The position numbers and the translations under genes are program-made. From Vicugna vicugna (Eukaryota), in contig MU058009.1 in the NCBI GenBank assembly GCA_013265495.1, positions 560,001 through 624,000 of the forward strand: DNA of 64,000 bases, read 5' to 3'. Numbering within the stretch: position 1 is the stretch's first letter; each line of letters starts with the position of its first letter. Positions 1 through 14,145 of the stretch are shown here, piece after piece. Under the pieces are notes generated by a model that had not been told where the DNA came from, ran no database searches, and saw nothing but the letters and a program-made list of their open reading frames with translations.

Positions 1-524
1 GCTTTCTGTCAAGTGTTTTAAGTGTTGCTTGAATGCTCATCACCTACGTCCCTTTCCTCTCCGTGTCCTTCTGACTCCATTATCTCTGGACTGTGGTCAA
101 ATAGCTGTTTTCAATATATTTCTTTACCTGAGTTTTAAGAATGTGGGAAGTGCTTGAGGTCACCATAGACGAACCTCTCTCCCTGTGCGATCTCCTTGAC
201 GCCAGCTCTTACACATTAGGATCCAGTCTCCCCGTGGAGATGGCTTTTGATGGGCGGCTGGCTGCCTAACAAGGCCACCTGCTTCCTTTTCCAGCAGCTC
301 TCTTCCTCGGCAAAGTCCTTCCTCCCGCCTTCCTGTGATTTCATTAAACAAGTATTTGCTGGCCTCCTCCTGGGTGCCAGGCACCCTATTTGGAACCAGA
401 GACACAGGCGTGAGTAGCCAGGGTTCCCACCTTCCGGTGGCCGACAGGGGAGTCGAGGACTCCTCTTAACCACATGCGAGAGTCTAACTTTTATTTCTGA
501 AGACAGTTATTTTGTTCTTCCAAG

Positions 525-722
525 TCACTGTTGCTTAAAATATGGTCTTTGGGCCACTGGAATGAGAACTGCCTGGAACGTTTGTTTGATTGCAATCTCC
601 CGGGCTCCTCCTGGGATCAATGAATCGGAATCTCTGTGAATCTGGGGATTGGATTCACTGGAATCTGCAATTGAAACAAGCACCCCAGGTGATTCTGATG
701 CACAATAAAGCTAGAGAACCCC
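525..722. mobile_element. MER5-like hAT-Charlie DNA transposon remnant
   Basis: gaatctgcaattgaaacaagcaccccaggtgattctgatgcac...gagaacc resembles the MER5A/B terminal region. Confidence 0.65.
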
Positions 723-1509
723 GAAGTCTTGACTTGCCTAAATAACACACAGTTTCCCCACCCTCCTCAGATGACTTAACCCCCAGGCTTGGCACCACCC
801 TGGCTCTTCTGCGTACGTCCTCGTTTGTGAGCAGCTAAGGCATGACCCTCAGGGTGGAGCACACTTATCCCACATGGGGTCACATCAGCAGAGAGTGCTG
901 TGGGACCACCAGTGTCCCCAGCCCGAACACAGTGCTTTCTACTGAGGAAACGGAAGGGTCCACTATCTGTCACCATGTCACACAGTGAGCTCATTGCTGA
1001 GATTTCGATAAACAAATCTTTTCAGTTAAGACTCTGGAATACACCTGACAGAGGATGATTTGTTTATCAAATTTGCAAATAATACAACATCACAAAGGAG
1101 AGACAGATGATGAAATTATAATGCCAATCTTTTTTCTTAAATGAAATGTTAGCATGACTTGCTCTGAGCAAGCCCATGGTGGCTTCTAGTGACCACAGAT
1201 GACTTTCTGGGTGTTTATGAACCATCAAATTAATCTCTTGCAGATTTGTTTTTCTGGAGGTCTCTATGACCTCCTGTCCACTGTTTCTAGAATCTACTGC
1301 CATCTACTCCTCCACTTTAAAAATAAAAAATCACGATATTTTTCCAGACTCTCCTATTTTCCATTATTTCTTGACTATTGTTCACCCAGCATGGTTCCAG
1401 GGACATAGCTTCAAATTGTTTCAATATCCCGGGAAGTTAATTTTGTTGGGCTTTGTAATCAGATTTGTTTTAAACATTTAATCATCATCACCATCCTCAT
1501 CAGCATCAC

Positions 1510-1750
1510 GACAGCTAACGTTGATTGAATTTTTTTATGTGTCAGACTTTGAGTGTTTTATTGGCATCCTATCTTTTAATCTTTACAACAGATCTGTGAC
1601 ATACATATTCTTGTCACCTCTATCTTACAGTAGGGAAAACTCAACCAGGAGAGGTTACCACGGGCACAAGTTTACGAAGAGGCCGAGCTGCCGCTGCATC
1701 CTTGACCTCTGGGACTCTGGACCACCCACCACTTTATGCAGGCTCTGACC
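1510..1750 (-). mobile_element. MIR SINE
   Basis: Reverse-orientation MIR core (ttttaatctttacaac...ttacagtagggaaaactca). Confidence 0.6.
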
Positions 1751-2176
1751 ATCACACCACCTCTCTCAGCTTTCAACCCCTCCCCAACCAAAAGGCGGCA
1801 CCAAAAGAGAAGCTGAGGAGAGGTTCTCCATAACTGATTAACGTTACGCTCCTTTCGTAAGAAGTACTCTCCTTTTAATTCACTTTTCTTGGAGCCTAAA
1901 AATCTCCATATTGTTGTTTCTCACAGTTTGCTTTTTCTTTTTTCCTTTTCTGCACACTTGGCTCAGTCGGGCTCTTTATGCCACCTGGCCCGTCCTCCTC
2001 TTTTGTCCTCACCCTGTGCCAGGTACCCCCTTCCATCCTTTCTATGTGGTCTTTTTACAACCTGAGTTCCTTGGAGGTTGTCCATGCGGCCACGTTGGTT
2101 TCTCTAGACGTTGCCCCCTCTCCTTCTTCATCAGGATGGTTTGCATTGTATTGTCAAAGTACCTTCTGTTGTTTGA

Positions 2177-2342
2177 AGCTCTCACTTTTCTGGAGCCAAC
2201 TTTCCTTTTCCTCACGCATCTTTCTAGATCTTTCTTTTCTCTGGATTTCAGCGATAGGCCTATAGCTCTCACCTTTCTGGAGCCAACTTTCCTTTTCCTC
2301 ATGCTTCTAGATCTTTCTTTTCTCTAGATTTCAGCGATAGGC
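2177..2342. repeat. Local tandem duplication, 2 copies with 87-bp period
   Basis: agctctcac(t/c)tttctggagccaactttccttttcctca...atttcagcgataggc occurs at 2177-2259 and 2264-2342. Copy 2 has a 4-nt deletion. Confidence 0.95.
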
Positions 2343-4439
2343 GTCTGATCATGCCCAGTGCCATGTTTTCATTATAATTCTGAAGATGAGCACCCATTTC
2401 CCTTCGAGGTTCCCATCACATTCGTTCATCATCCCTACACGCTTTCAGGATTCATTTACTGAGTGCCTAGTTGTACATGCCTATCTAAGTCATCAAGAGG
2501 TTTATATCTTGCTGGCATGAGGCCTGGCACATATTGGGTGTTCAATAAGTATTAAATACTTGTTGGAAAAGTGAAGATTATTTAGACTTGAGCCCAGAGT
2601 GGTAGAGTCCGTCATTGATTTTTTTTTCCCCTCCAACCATCTGCAAAATCAAGATGCCTACAAGGTTATTAGGGAATATGTCAAGAATTCTGCTTTTTCC
2701 AGACAGGCCTTCCAGCCAGTGTGCACAGAGCTGGAGGGCCCCATCGCGGCTGTAACTCACTTCTGTGCACTGGGAAAGAGCACCCATTTCCTGTGCGCTG
2801 CGCAGTCAGAGGAATCACCTCTGTCTGTTTCTTCTTTGATTTCTCGCTCAGTTTCTGCCCACCGTGCACCCTGCACTCTGGAGCCCGGATTCCCGCACGA
2901 TGGAGGGCTGATGCCCGGTCCGGCTATCACCTTCATCCTCACTGTGGCCCCCTCAGAGGTGCCGCCTACAAGCCTGTGACATCAAGCCCAGGGGATAACT
3001 GTCAACACTTCAGGGGGTTGGATTTTAATGCTACCATAACTGATCATGATGTGCTGGATGTACGTAATCACGGGGTGCTTCCAGCGTCACTTCTGTCCCT
3101 CTTTCTCCAATATTTTGTGACTGTGTACTTCTCCACTACCATTCTTTCTGTGTCTCCCTGTCCTCTCAGAGCGGTATGTTCTCCACCCTCCCTTCAAACT
3201 TCACTTTCAATGACTGTTAATTAGGTTCCCTCCACCCCACGTAAGGAATCTCTCTAACCAAACTGCACCCTCTCCTCCCTTCGTCTGTCCTTGTAGCAGT
3301 GACATCCTCACGGAAGGCGCCCTGGCAACCTCACACCCTTTACGGCCCCTCCCTGGCTTGTGGACCTGTGCACAGTGTGTTGAAGCCCTGGCGCTACCGA
3401 CGGCCTCGGTGCCTCTGGCTCTGGCCACGCCGAGCTCTTGGGCTGCATTCTCCGGGGATTTAGCACATGCCACTGCCTCTGCCTGCAATGCCCTCTCCTT
3501 CCCCTATGCTCCCTCCCCTGCCCCCTCAGACCCCCTGTTTGTTTTCTTAGCTAACTTCAGCTCGTCCTGGGAGCTCTGCTTCCTGGAGGCAGCTTCCTCT
3601 GAGAGCTCGCCCCACCAGGCGGCTCGCCTCCCTCCCGCCGGCTCCCACAGAAGTACCTCAGTGCAGACCGCCTGGCCCCAGCTTTCTGCGCTCTAATTGC
3701 TCGTTTTCTAATCTGTCTTCCCTTCTGTGTCCTGCGCCCATGGATACGTCGGGATGCACAGGGATGGCCTTGCCTTTGTAAAAGCTTGACACACTTTCCA
3801 GTGTGTACCGAGAGGACACCAGGGGCGAACCAGAGGTGGGAAACACAATTTCAAGGGAGAGAATGGTGAACGTACAATTCACAAACAAAACTGAACTCCC
3901 CAAACACAGCCAGAAGCACAAACTCTCAGACAAGCAGCTATCAAGGGCACAGAGTCCAAACTCCCTCGGAACAGAAGACCTGTCTGTAACCACTATTATC
4001 CCCCAGAAAACACTCTCCTTTTGTTCCATTGTCAGTGCTCCACAGACCACATCTGCTTTTGGACAGAGGGGGAAGACAGAGAGGGAGAGAGAAATGAATA
4101 GAAATGAGAGTATGAGTTTATTTTATTTATTTATTTCACATATAAATCAGCTGATCTGTTTAACATTCATATTAAAGTTGTAATCATCTTTGCACACATT
4201 AAAATACAAGCCAGCACAAGTAATAGGCCTTAAGAACAACATTACAATAGCCATTAACATATAACAGCTACCTTATCAACTTACAACATCCCTCTAAAAT
4301 AGTAACTGCATCCAGGACTGATCTGAAGGAGACTCATTCTCCCGGAGCGCTGAGGCCTGACACGGAGGCCGGGGAAGCCAGGAGCAGGCTGCTCGGACTC
4401 CCTCGAGAGGGAGAGGCGGCTTTGGGGAGTGGCAAGAGG

Positions 4440-4650
4440 ACAGGAGTCAGAAGGTTTCGGCTTCCGTTTCAGCTCTGTTATCCACCCGAGATATGACCTA
4501 GGGCAAATTTCTGAAACTCATTGAGACTCAGTTTCCCCGCCTACAAAATGGGAGTGAGGATGTTTTCATCATGGTGTTTTTGTGGGGGATCAAATGAGAT
4601 CACGAGACAAACCCGGCACATGGAGCACGTGCTTAGTAAATGTCAGTGTC
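4440..4650 (+). mobile_element. MIR SINE
   Basis: tgacctagggcaaattt...ctcagtttccccgcctacaaaatggg...gatcaaatgagat matches the MIR core. Confidence 0.75.
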
Positions 4651-4754
4651 TTTCCAAGACAACTAGATGCCGGACGGGGCAAGGGCTGAACAGGAGGCTG
4701 CAGAGAACCGGGCAAGCTCTGAACAGTAGTGTATCTTTTCCCCTCGTTCCTGTC

Positions 4755-5700
4755 ACTTACTCACTCATTAAACATTTGTGGAGCATGCTCACAGATGATC
4801 AGATGATACAAAAATGCTAAACGTTAGGGTTTCTCTCCCTGTGGGACTCACAACTGAGCTGGTAAGACATCAGGTAAACACAAGCTGGACAGGATGGAAC
4901 ACCAGATACAACAGGACATTTACACCGCATTGAGGGAGGAGGACAGAGAAAGGAGCATCCCTGAGCTGCAAACAGGAAGTGGCTTCACGGAACAGGTGAG
5001 GTTTGAGCTGAGCCTTGACATATAAAGAGTATTTCTAAAAATGACGAGAAAAGAATACTTAGGCTGAAGGCACAGCATACGCAAAGATGTGAAGGCTTGA
5101 TCTCTCCAGGGAACATCAGTTTTTTGTTTTTGTCTTTTATTTATTTATTTATCTGGCTGACGCTTGGAGAGCAAGGAGGGATGGGGAGAAGGTGGTGCTG
5201 GGAAGACAGGTGGCACCAGACTGCAGAGCACTTTCAATGTGGGGCGATGGTGTAGACTGAGATACAGGTGGAGGTGCTGGGGCTCCATTTATAGGAATGG
5301 CAAGGGGTAAGGGTAGCCAGTTGGACTTGGCTGAGATGGGGAAGAGTAAATCTGACTTATCTCTTAGGAGGATACAAGTAATAAAGAAAGACAATGGTGA
5401 AAGACGACTTAGGAGAAAAGTGAGGAATCGACAGGATGCTCTAATACTTTGGGAGAAAATGATGAGGGTAAGTGGGACAATGGAAGAGAAAAGAGAGACC
5501 AAGGAGGGAAAGTCTGTCATGATAAGAGAACCGATTGGCCAGGGGAGATGAGAGGGAGGCTGCTGGTGACCCGAGTTTCAGAGCGAGGTACTGGCAAGAC
5601 AGGCGTGCCCTTTACTGAGATGAGGACCACAACCGGGGGTGAAGTGATTTTAGTTTTCAGATGGCTGAATTAGAAGTGACAATGAGGTATACATGAGACC
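4755..5700 (-). mobile_element. L2 LINE fragment(s)
   Basis: Starts with a reversed L2 3' end (actcactcattaaacatttgtggagca), followed by a purine-rich L2 body (gtttgagctgagccttga; ccctttactgagatgaggacc). Confidence 0.6.
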
Positions 5701-6439
5701 CTTGTGGATGAGGAAGCTAAATGACTCAAATATATTTTCGTTACCACTTGCTCTCATAATTAGCCGTTAGAATGGAAGTTAGGGGTTTAAACTTGGAACT
5801 AGCCAAGATTGAGTGATTTGGGCATCACTTAGAAGTGTTAATCCTTAATACTCTATACAGTGGACAACGGTTAACCCAATTTAAATTGCTGGAAAATGCT
5901 ATTCTTCTACGATGGGCCTACAAATTTTGATGCTGAGTTTTAAATATTTGAAGCCTGGTAGGTACCACAGGCTTAGGACAAACCTCTTAGACACATCTTA
6001 GGATAAACTGCTCCCCAAGTGTCTAGACAAAGAGAGGAAGGGTGGCCAGCTGAGCCCCAGTGGGGGCATCCTTACGTGCACCTGCCATTCTATCTCGTTT
6101 CTTCTGCAAGTTCAGCCCAGGACCTAAGCAGGTGCCATGATGCGGCTGTCCTGCAGTGACCAGCATCCTGTGTTTCCGTACCAGAGCCTCGAGAAGAGCT
6201 GACGGCCTCAAGCCCCCTGAGAGCACCTGGACACATTGTCATCATCCTGTAGAAAATACCTGGGAGGTACTGTATGTGTTGGAGCAGCTCCAGGACTCCA
6301 GACAGCCCAGCACCGGGATGGGTCACTGAGCAAGAGCCACCCTCGCCCGGACCTGCCTGGGAGCCACACGCCTCTGCCCCTCGTGACCCAATTCTCGAAG
6401 AGAAAGGCAATTGGGCTTTCCTTGCTCGTTTGTTTGGGG

Positions 6440-6571
6440 CTTTTGTTTGTTTGCTTGTTTTGTGGGGGAGGTAAGTTAGGTTTGTTTGTTTGTTTGATGG
6501 TGGTACCGGGAGTTGGACCCAGGACCTGGTACATGCTAAGCACACACTCTACCCTTGAGCTATACCCTCCC
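6440..6571 (-). mobile_element. Camelid vic-1-type tRNA-Ala-derived SINE
   Basis: Reverse complement reads gggagggtatagctcaagggtagagtgtgtgcttagcatgtaccaggtcctgggtccaactcccggtacc, then an A-rich tail with aaacctaacttacctcccc. Confidence 0.85.
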
Positions 6572-8218
6572 ATCCAGGCTTTTCTTAATGTGGGAAGCAT
6601 CCTTCCTGGCCTTGCTCAGACCATCTGATCTCTGAGCAGAACTGAAGCACACACGGAGGGGCTGTCTTCAAGGTGCCCCCTGCAGTGGAGTGGGCTCCTG
6701 GCGTGGGGCTGGGAGCCGTGCAGGGGCCTCAATCTCGATCCCGGGGCGTGCCCCTCCCCCGCCCTGGGCTCTGGTGGCCGTGCCTGGTGGGGCTGGTGCC
6801 CGAGGAGATGGCTGAACTCCTGCACCACAAGCTCTCTTGCCAGGGGACTCTGCCAGGAATGGCAGCCTTTAAACGCCTCATTAATATTCAAATCGATTCA
6901 AGTCATTTCAATTTGAATTCTATGCATATTATCAGATAGAACAAAATGCAAATATATACAAATGCATCCATATGAAGAAATAAATAGGGGAAGCTCTGCA
7001 TAATGGGATTATAATCATTCTCTGGGCCTGTCTCTCCTCTGAGTCCCCAGAGCTCCAGGCTCGGAGCCGGCGGCGATGCCCCGGGACTGTCCAGCAGCAA
7101 CAGGACCTTTCTGGACACAGGCTCTTGGAGGGCTGAGCATTCTGTGAACCTGTTTGAAGATGCTGTCACTGTCCACCGCTGGCGTCTCTTATGGGGCTTC
7201 AGAGGTAGAGCTGCGGGGGTTTTGGGGTGAGGGCAGGATGGGGGCAGACTCACAGGCCTGTTGGAGGCCCCACATTTTGTACTCCTGGAAGCCGGGGAGC
7301 TGGCCCAGGACAGGGCCGGTCACTCCAGCCCTTGACGAGTGCCGAGGCAAGGAGCCAACAGCCCAAGCCTTCCCCAGGGCCTTCAGGCACCTGGTGGCGG
7401 GCTGGGCGGCGGGGAGCTACGCTCCTGACTTTCTTCCCTCTCTAACCTGCGGGAGCCTTCCTGAAGCCTTCCCAGGGCACTGATGGGGCCTTATAACCTA
7501 AACGATCCAAAGTGGTGTCTAAATCCATCACAGTCTACACTCTGCTTTGCTTGGCGCGTCGAGGAACCCACAGCCCATCCCTGAGCCCACAAGCCCACGC
7601 TCACTGCCACATACCCGTGACACCCACTCCGCGTGCCTCCCTCCTGGCCGGATCCTCAGCCAAAGGCCAGAAACTCAACCAGACACAGAGGCAAAGGGAC
7701 GGAACAGCCAACGTGCCCACAGCCCGCAGACCCAGGTGGAAACCCAGGGCCCTGTGGCCTCTGTTTTACGCGATTGTTGCGTGGACCCCTGTTTCATTTC
7801 AGTTACTCCGAAGACAGGAGGAGGCCCGGCTATACGGCGTCTTAAAGGAGCGTTCCCACACCCCGTGCTAATGAAGCCAAAGTAAATCACTATTAAGAAT
7901 CATTTAGTGAGGTTTAACTACAGACTCTTAATAGACACACCCCTCCCAGCCTCTCCCCAGGGGACTCCAGCACCGGGCTTAGCAGCAGCTCCATTGATTA
8001 ATGTAGCATAATTTATACCAGTCACAGTGGGATATTACAGTAGCCCTTCCACACCAAGCACCTCTTGCTTGATCATCCCGAAGCACGTTATACATATAAA
8101 TGGGGCGGGAGATGGTCCTCTCTAATTTAGGACCAGGGAGACTGAGGCACAGATTTCACACAGAGAGAGACAGAGATGCCTTCGTGTTCCTGAAAGGCTC
8201 TGCTCTGTCTTTGGCCCC

Positions 8219-8679
8219 TGTCGTGGGCAGAATAATGAACCCCCAAAGATGTCCGTGCCTGACCCTTGAATATGTCACCTTACGAGGCAGAAGGGGCTTC
8301 GCGGATGTGATTAAGTTAAAAGATCCCGAGATGGGAGATTACCCTGGCTTCTCTCTGTAGGCTTCATGGCATCACAAGCTTCCTTATGAGAGCGGCGGGA
8401 GGGTCAGACTCAGTGGGAGCAGATGTGATGGCAGAGGCAAGAGGTCGGAGTGATGTCGGGAATGAGCCACACACCAAGGAATGCAGGTGGCTGGCCTCTG
8501 GAAGCCGGAAAGGCAAGGGAACAGATTTCCCCAAGGAAGAACCAGAAGGAACCAGCCCCGCTGACAACTGGACTTCAGCCCAATGAGACTGGTTTAGAAC
8601 TGTAATATCATACATTTGTGTCATTTTAAGCCACTAAAGCTTGTGGTCATTTGCACACCGGCCAGAGGAAGCTAATGCA
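8219..8679 (+). mobile_element. MLT1 (MaLR, MLT1D-like) solo LTR
   Basis: TG...CA termini (tgtcgtgggcagaataatg...gctaatgca), typical MLT1 body, and near-identical 5-bp flanks gcccc/gtccc. Confidence 0.85.
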
Positions 8680-10708
8680 GTCCCAGACAGCCTTCCTCCA
8701 CGGGGGTCTCTTTTCTGAACCGGAGCACTTGGAAAACTATCTTTTCTCTTCTCCCAAGGACACCACATCCCTAGCACCACTTTAGAAGCAGAAGGGATAA
8801 ATTCATTCGTTAATACAATGGGTATCTTTTAGGGCATTTGAGTTTAATTCTCCTGATGAGCTCTGTTGAGAAAGGTTGACTGGCCTCGCCTGCTGGCAGA
8901 CAGCTGCGTGGTGTCCTGCCTTGAAGAGAGACTGAGGACCCCAGCAGGTCTGTCCTGACCTTGGGCACCGGCTCGACACATCTGGAGACGCTGAACCAGA
9001 GGGACAAACACCTCACCTCTGCGCAGCGCAGCTTCGTAACGATTCAAAACGCCCCTCAGTGAGTAACACCTTTGGGTGGCGGGGAGGGGAGGACGCCTGG
9101 GGCCCTTTTACATGTGAGGGTTACACCGAGGGTCATGCCCAGCACCAGGCCCAGCGCCAGGCCACAGGCACGGGCACAGGCAATGGCTTCTGGCCTCTAG
9201 TCTAGGGCCGACGTCACAGGCTTGGAGGATGACGAGTTGACGAGGGTGCTCTGGGCCCTCAACCAGGTCTTCCTTGACTGACAGGCTGACAGACCCATGC
9301 AGGTGCCCTGGGAAGAGTGTCCAGGCACCATAAAGGCCTCACTGTAACAAGGCTACTAAGTGTCTTCATTTTGCCTCATTTATAAGAGAGAGGCCCCGTC
9401 AAGAGTATTACTTTTCCCCCAGCCTCTGCACAGAGACCTCTGCACCTGACTTGGAACCAGCACCAGCCACGCCTCCCTGACCAGGACCCTTGCCCGAGGC
9501 CCCCTCCCAAGTTCTCCTGCCTCCTGGTGGAGACACTGCCCCCAGCACGCCCCACGTGATGATGCAGGAAACACCCCAGAGGCCTATGCTGCCAAGAGCC
9601 AGCTAAGTCCGTGCCCCTTGGGGACAGGAGCCCAGTGGGGAGGGTGGAGGCACCTCTGGGCTTGTATTTGGAACTTCTGGGTTTCCACCTTCACTTCCAC
9701 CCTGACTGCCCGTGTGACCTTAGAGAGGCCACTCGACATAACTTGGTCTTTTTAAAGTGAGGGTGAGAGCTGATCATGAAAAAGACGGTCCCCGCCCCCG
9801 ACCCGGATCGGGAGGGTTAAAGCTGTTCCTTTGAACCCTAGTCTTATGATCTCTGGGGGACGAGTGTCTGTCTCCCACACGCATCTCAGCCGGCTCAATC
9901 TTTCTGTCTGCCCATCTGTCTCTCCTCGCGAGCCTGCCAGCTGCACGCACCTGTGTCTCTCTGCACCTTCGTCTCTCTGATCACCACGTCGTTACTCAGA
10001 CACCTGGGGACGCGCACGAGGCAGCCACAGAAGCCACCGCGGGGCTGAAGTTGCCTTCAAGTCTGGCGCCGGCCCCACCGCTCTCCCCTCCCATCGCTGG
10101 ATTCACCAGCTCCTGCGTTTGCTTTCCTCTGGGTGATCTGGGTTGAAGAAAGAGGCCCAGAGGCCTCGTGATGAGAACATCTTTTTTATATGAATTGAAA
10201 AATAAAATGACAGCAAGCAGCCAGCAGATCCCAGTTCACCAGGAAGTAAATATCAGTATCTGTGGTTGTCCTGACCTTGAAGATTTTCTAAAAACGCAAC
10301 AGGAATTCTCGGGGTGCACTGTTATATACATGTGGACTCTCCTCACTGGACCAAACAGAAAACCCATTCTTTATGGACACGAGCATCGCTGGTGGACTTT
10401 AAAATACACATTGTAAAATGCAGGTGGAAGAAAACCTATGGCAGGTCCTGAGCGCCCTTCTCCCCATCAGCACAGACGATCGCTTGGCTCTCCCGGGCTC
10501 CCCGCCGTGGGTCAGGGCTGAGAGTCACACGGAAAGGAGTGATTCTCAGATTTCTTCTCGGCTGTGAGGAGACAGTGACGTGAGTGACAGGCGGACAGAG
10601 CCACCGTGTTCCAAATTGTATGTTCTTGGCCGTAGCACCCGTCTGGTCTCCTGAGCTCAGGACCCAGGGAGATCCCTTAGTCCATTCTCACCAGGCAAGT
10701 CATCCTAA

Positions 10709-10990
10709 GATGAACTTATTTACGAAACACAAGCGGACTCACCAAAGAGGAAAGATGGGGAGGGATAAATTAGGGGTTTGGGATTAACAGATACACACTA
10801 CTATCTATAAAGACCTACTGTATACACAGGGAACTGTATTCCGTATTCTGTATTAACCAATAATGGAAACGAATCTGAAAAAGAATATTTATACATATAT
10901 AACTGAATCACTTTGCTGTACATCTGAAACTAACACAATATTATAAATCAACGATACTTCGATAAAAAAATAAATAAATAAAAATAAAAG
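10709..10990 (+). mobile_element. L1 3' UTR fragment with A-rich tail
   Basis: gaacttatttacgaaac...cagggaactgtatt...aactgaatcactttgctgtacatctgaaactaacaca...aaaaataaataaa is a cetartiodactyl-type L1 3' end. Confidence 0.85.
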
Positions 10991-12669
10991 ATAACGTGAT
11001 GCAAAAACTCTCAGAGGCAGCTCCCACGAGTCACCTGACCTTTTCTGCTCTCAGACCCCTTGTCCCGCCTAAGTTAATATGTGCAGTATTCACACAGAAG
11101 TGAGGTTGAGGCTGGGGGCAGAGTCAACGCGGGGAATTCGAACGCAAGAAAACGCACCCACCAGAGACTTGTTTTCCTTATATGGACACGTACCCACCAA
11201 GTTGCTATACGAGAGCATCTGAACATTTACTGAAAGTTGTGACCTCTGTGCCCCACACACTGGTGCCTGGTGGACATTCAAATGCTTTAAACCCTATTCA
11301 GCAAAAGCAGCAGAACTGTTTGGTGTAAAGGGTACTCCTATTTGGCTTTGAAAATACGTATTTCAGCCCATATGGTTACAACAGCCCTCGTGAAAGATGT
11401 AGACACCCCTGCCCCGCCTGTGTGAACATTTAAGGTGGACAACACAACACAAGAAGACAAAGACAATTTCACTTAAAAAAATGTGGCAGTGTATATAGAG
11501 TTTTACTTCCCTCAGCAAGAATTCAGCGGCATGGACCTGAGAAAATGAGTATCTGCTGATAATGAGAGGGAAACAGAGATTTGCCATGATTATCAGCAGC
11601 AGGACAGGGGAGGGAGGTAATATGTTTCTCCAGATGGTATTCCTTGATTCTCATCAGCTCATCATTCAATTGCTTTCACCTATAAAACATGGATTTCTAT
11701 CTGTGAGTGCCTCTGCCCTGATTTGGTGATGAGAACCCCCCAAGCAAAGCTCATGCCTGGAGAAACAGGCACCCCTCCACGGGGATTCGGAGCCCTGGGA
11801 AGGCGGGCAGTGCAGCGCCAGCGCGACCCGTGTGCTCTGCTGAAGTGCAGTGAGAAGGGGCTCTATGTCTTCCATGCAGAGATCTACCTGCCCGGCATCC
11901 TTCCTCTGTATTCCACTGGTTGCACCTAAAGGAGCTTTGAAAACTTCGAAGAACTTTCATGTCTTGCTAGTTTATCACAAGTGTCTATCTTAAGCCAATA
12001 TTATGACCTCCAGCATGGCCTCGGTAGAGCCATGCCATCTTCAGAAACAACTTCTGACACAAGGTGAGACGCACCTGCTGGAGGTGAAGAGAGGAGAGTC
12101 GAGGGCTGACGGAGTGCAGACTCCCCTGTTTCCTAAGAGTCCTTTCTATTTCTCCCTAAGGACCAGTGTTCATTGCTTCAGAACCATGTGGTCTCCTGCC
12201 ATTTTCACTTGTCGAGACTTGACAGAAAGGAGGGTTTTGATGTCCTGCGTGTCCTTTCACGTAGAGTGGCCCCATCCTTACAGCAGGGCTAATGCCAGGC
12301 TGACCTCTCCCTAAGCAGAATGAGGTTTAACTTGTTTTATTAATCCACGGAAGGAAAGTTAGGGGATGATGGAGCCTTGTTAAGAAATCAGCACTTGGCT
12401 TTCAAAACATTAGGCTGAACCGGGGCTGGGCTGTGGAGGGGACAGGCGGCACCAGCCATGGAGCAGAGCTCCTCGAATTCTCCCCTGCGCTTTTGCATTA
12501 GGAGAGACGATTTCTTCCACTTTCATCAGCTCCTCTCCCCAGGCCCTACACGTTATAAAGCAGGAGGACCACGGGCGAGGCCGAGGCTTTCTGTGGCTTG
12601 CAAGGGACAGTGGGACCAGAATTCTTCCTGAAGGGATGGGTGGCAAAGCACCCGGGATCTTCATACGAG

Positions 12670-12800
12670 TGTCTGAATGGTGGTTCCACCCTCTCCAGTG
12701 GTGCGACCTTTGGGCAAGTTATGGCATCTAAGCCTCAGTAGTTTTCATCTGCAAATGGGTACAGCAGTCCCGGCTTTATCAGGTTGCTGGGGGGATGAAC
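12670..12800 (+). mobile_element. MIR SINE fragment
   Basis: gacctttgggcaagtt...gcctcagtagttttcatctgcaaatggg. Confidence 0.65.
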
Positions 12801-14145
12801 CGGGACAGAGAGTGCAGGCAGACTCAGCAAAGGACCTGGCCACAGGCCCTGGTAACGCCTCCCCACGGCTGTGCCGAACAGCAACCACAGGGGTTAGCGG
12901 GAGAGACCGAAGCACAGTGAGAGCGCTCCGGTTCTGATTCTTCCCTGTTCCCGCCACGTCCCCGCTCCCCCGGGCACCCTTCCACTGAAGCCCAGGAGGA
13001 AAGGAGAGAGGGGAGCCGCCGGCCAAATCAAGGGGCCAGGAGGGCGGAGGACCAAGGGCACACACCATGTTGCTGTGGCATCGGTTTACTATCTCTCTCG
13101 TGTTTAGCAAATTCTCAAATTATGCAGCCCTGCTCTTCCTCCCTGACCTGCGTTAGCGCCTAGCCTGCAGCTTCAAACAAGGTTTTGCAAACCTTATGCC
13201 AAAGGTTCTCCTCTCTGACATGAGATGCCCAGGAGGTGACCTGCTGTTCGCCGGTGGACCTGTCGGTAGAACGAACGAACGGCACAATCCTACCTCCGCC
13301 CCACCTCCCCTGGGCCCTCCCCCGCCCCCGGGAAGACAGGCAGACAGTGAGGACTGGCAGATGGCAGCGAGGGGCTGTGGTGGTGACTCAGGTCTGGGAG
13401 GCTGCTTGGGTTGGAGCAAACTTCATCCAAAATCGCACTGGTAACCAAAACCTAACAGACGGTCACACAGTGTCTGATGACTTCAGGCAACAGAAACGGC
13501 CAGCTCGAGCAGCCCCGACCAGGCCACACGGAGACGACGGGGGAGGCCCGCTCCAAGCATGACCTCGCCCTTCCTCCAGCCCACTTTTCACTATCTTGCT
13601 TTCTGCTGCACGTGGATCGACCCTGGGCCTTCAGTCCATCTTGCTTGTAATTCTCAAAAGGTGGACAAGGCAACGGCTTCCCCCAGAAGATAAAGGAAGA
13701 TGTAAGGAATTCTCGGGGCCAAGAGGACTCCTCCACTTCCCTCCAGCAGAGCGCAGGGCATGGGTGACTGGCACCCGCGTCGGGATCCGGTCACCCTGCC
13801 TGGAAAGACACACTTCCAAACACACAGCCACCGCTCATGGCTACTTTCTAATGGTGTCCGTTTCTGTCCAGAGGTGAAACAGAGTAACTCCTCTCAAGCT
13901 GCCCAGGGGATCAGGAACAATGAGGGCTAAGTTCAGCATGGTTGTTTGGCTTTTTCAGCAGGAGAGGGGAGCAGCAGCAGGCATACTGGTTCCCAGATCA
14001 TTAAAGGGCAACACCTGGGAGGGGGCACCCTGGGGGAGAAGTGGGGCTCCTGGCTGCCAGCCACCCTCCTGGGAGGACTGACCCATTCATGACCCGCAGG
14101 GAGACTGCTCTCACTTCCTCAGCTCTTCCAAGCCCCTTGAGCATT

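Noticed and set aside
1911..2327. ORFs with internally repeated peptides, or a possible processed pseudogene
   Set aside because: The repeats come from the 87-bp duplication, and no parent gene, poly-A tail or TSD was recognised.
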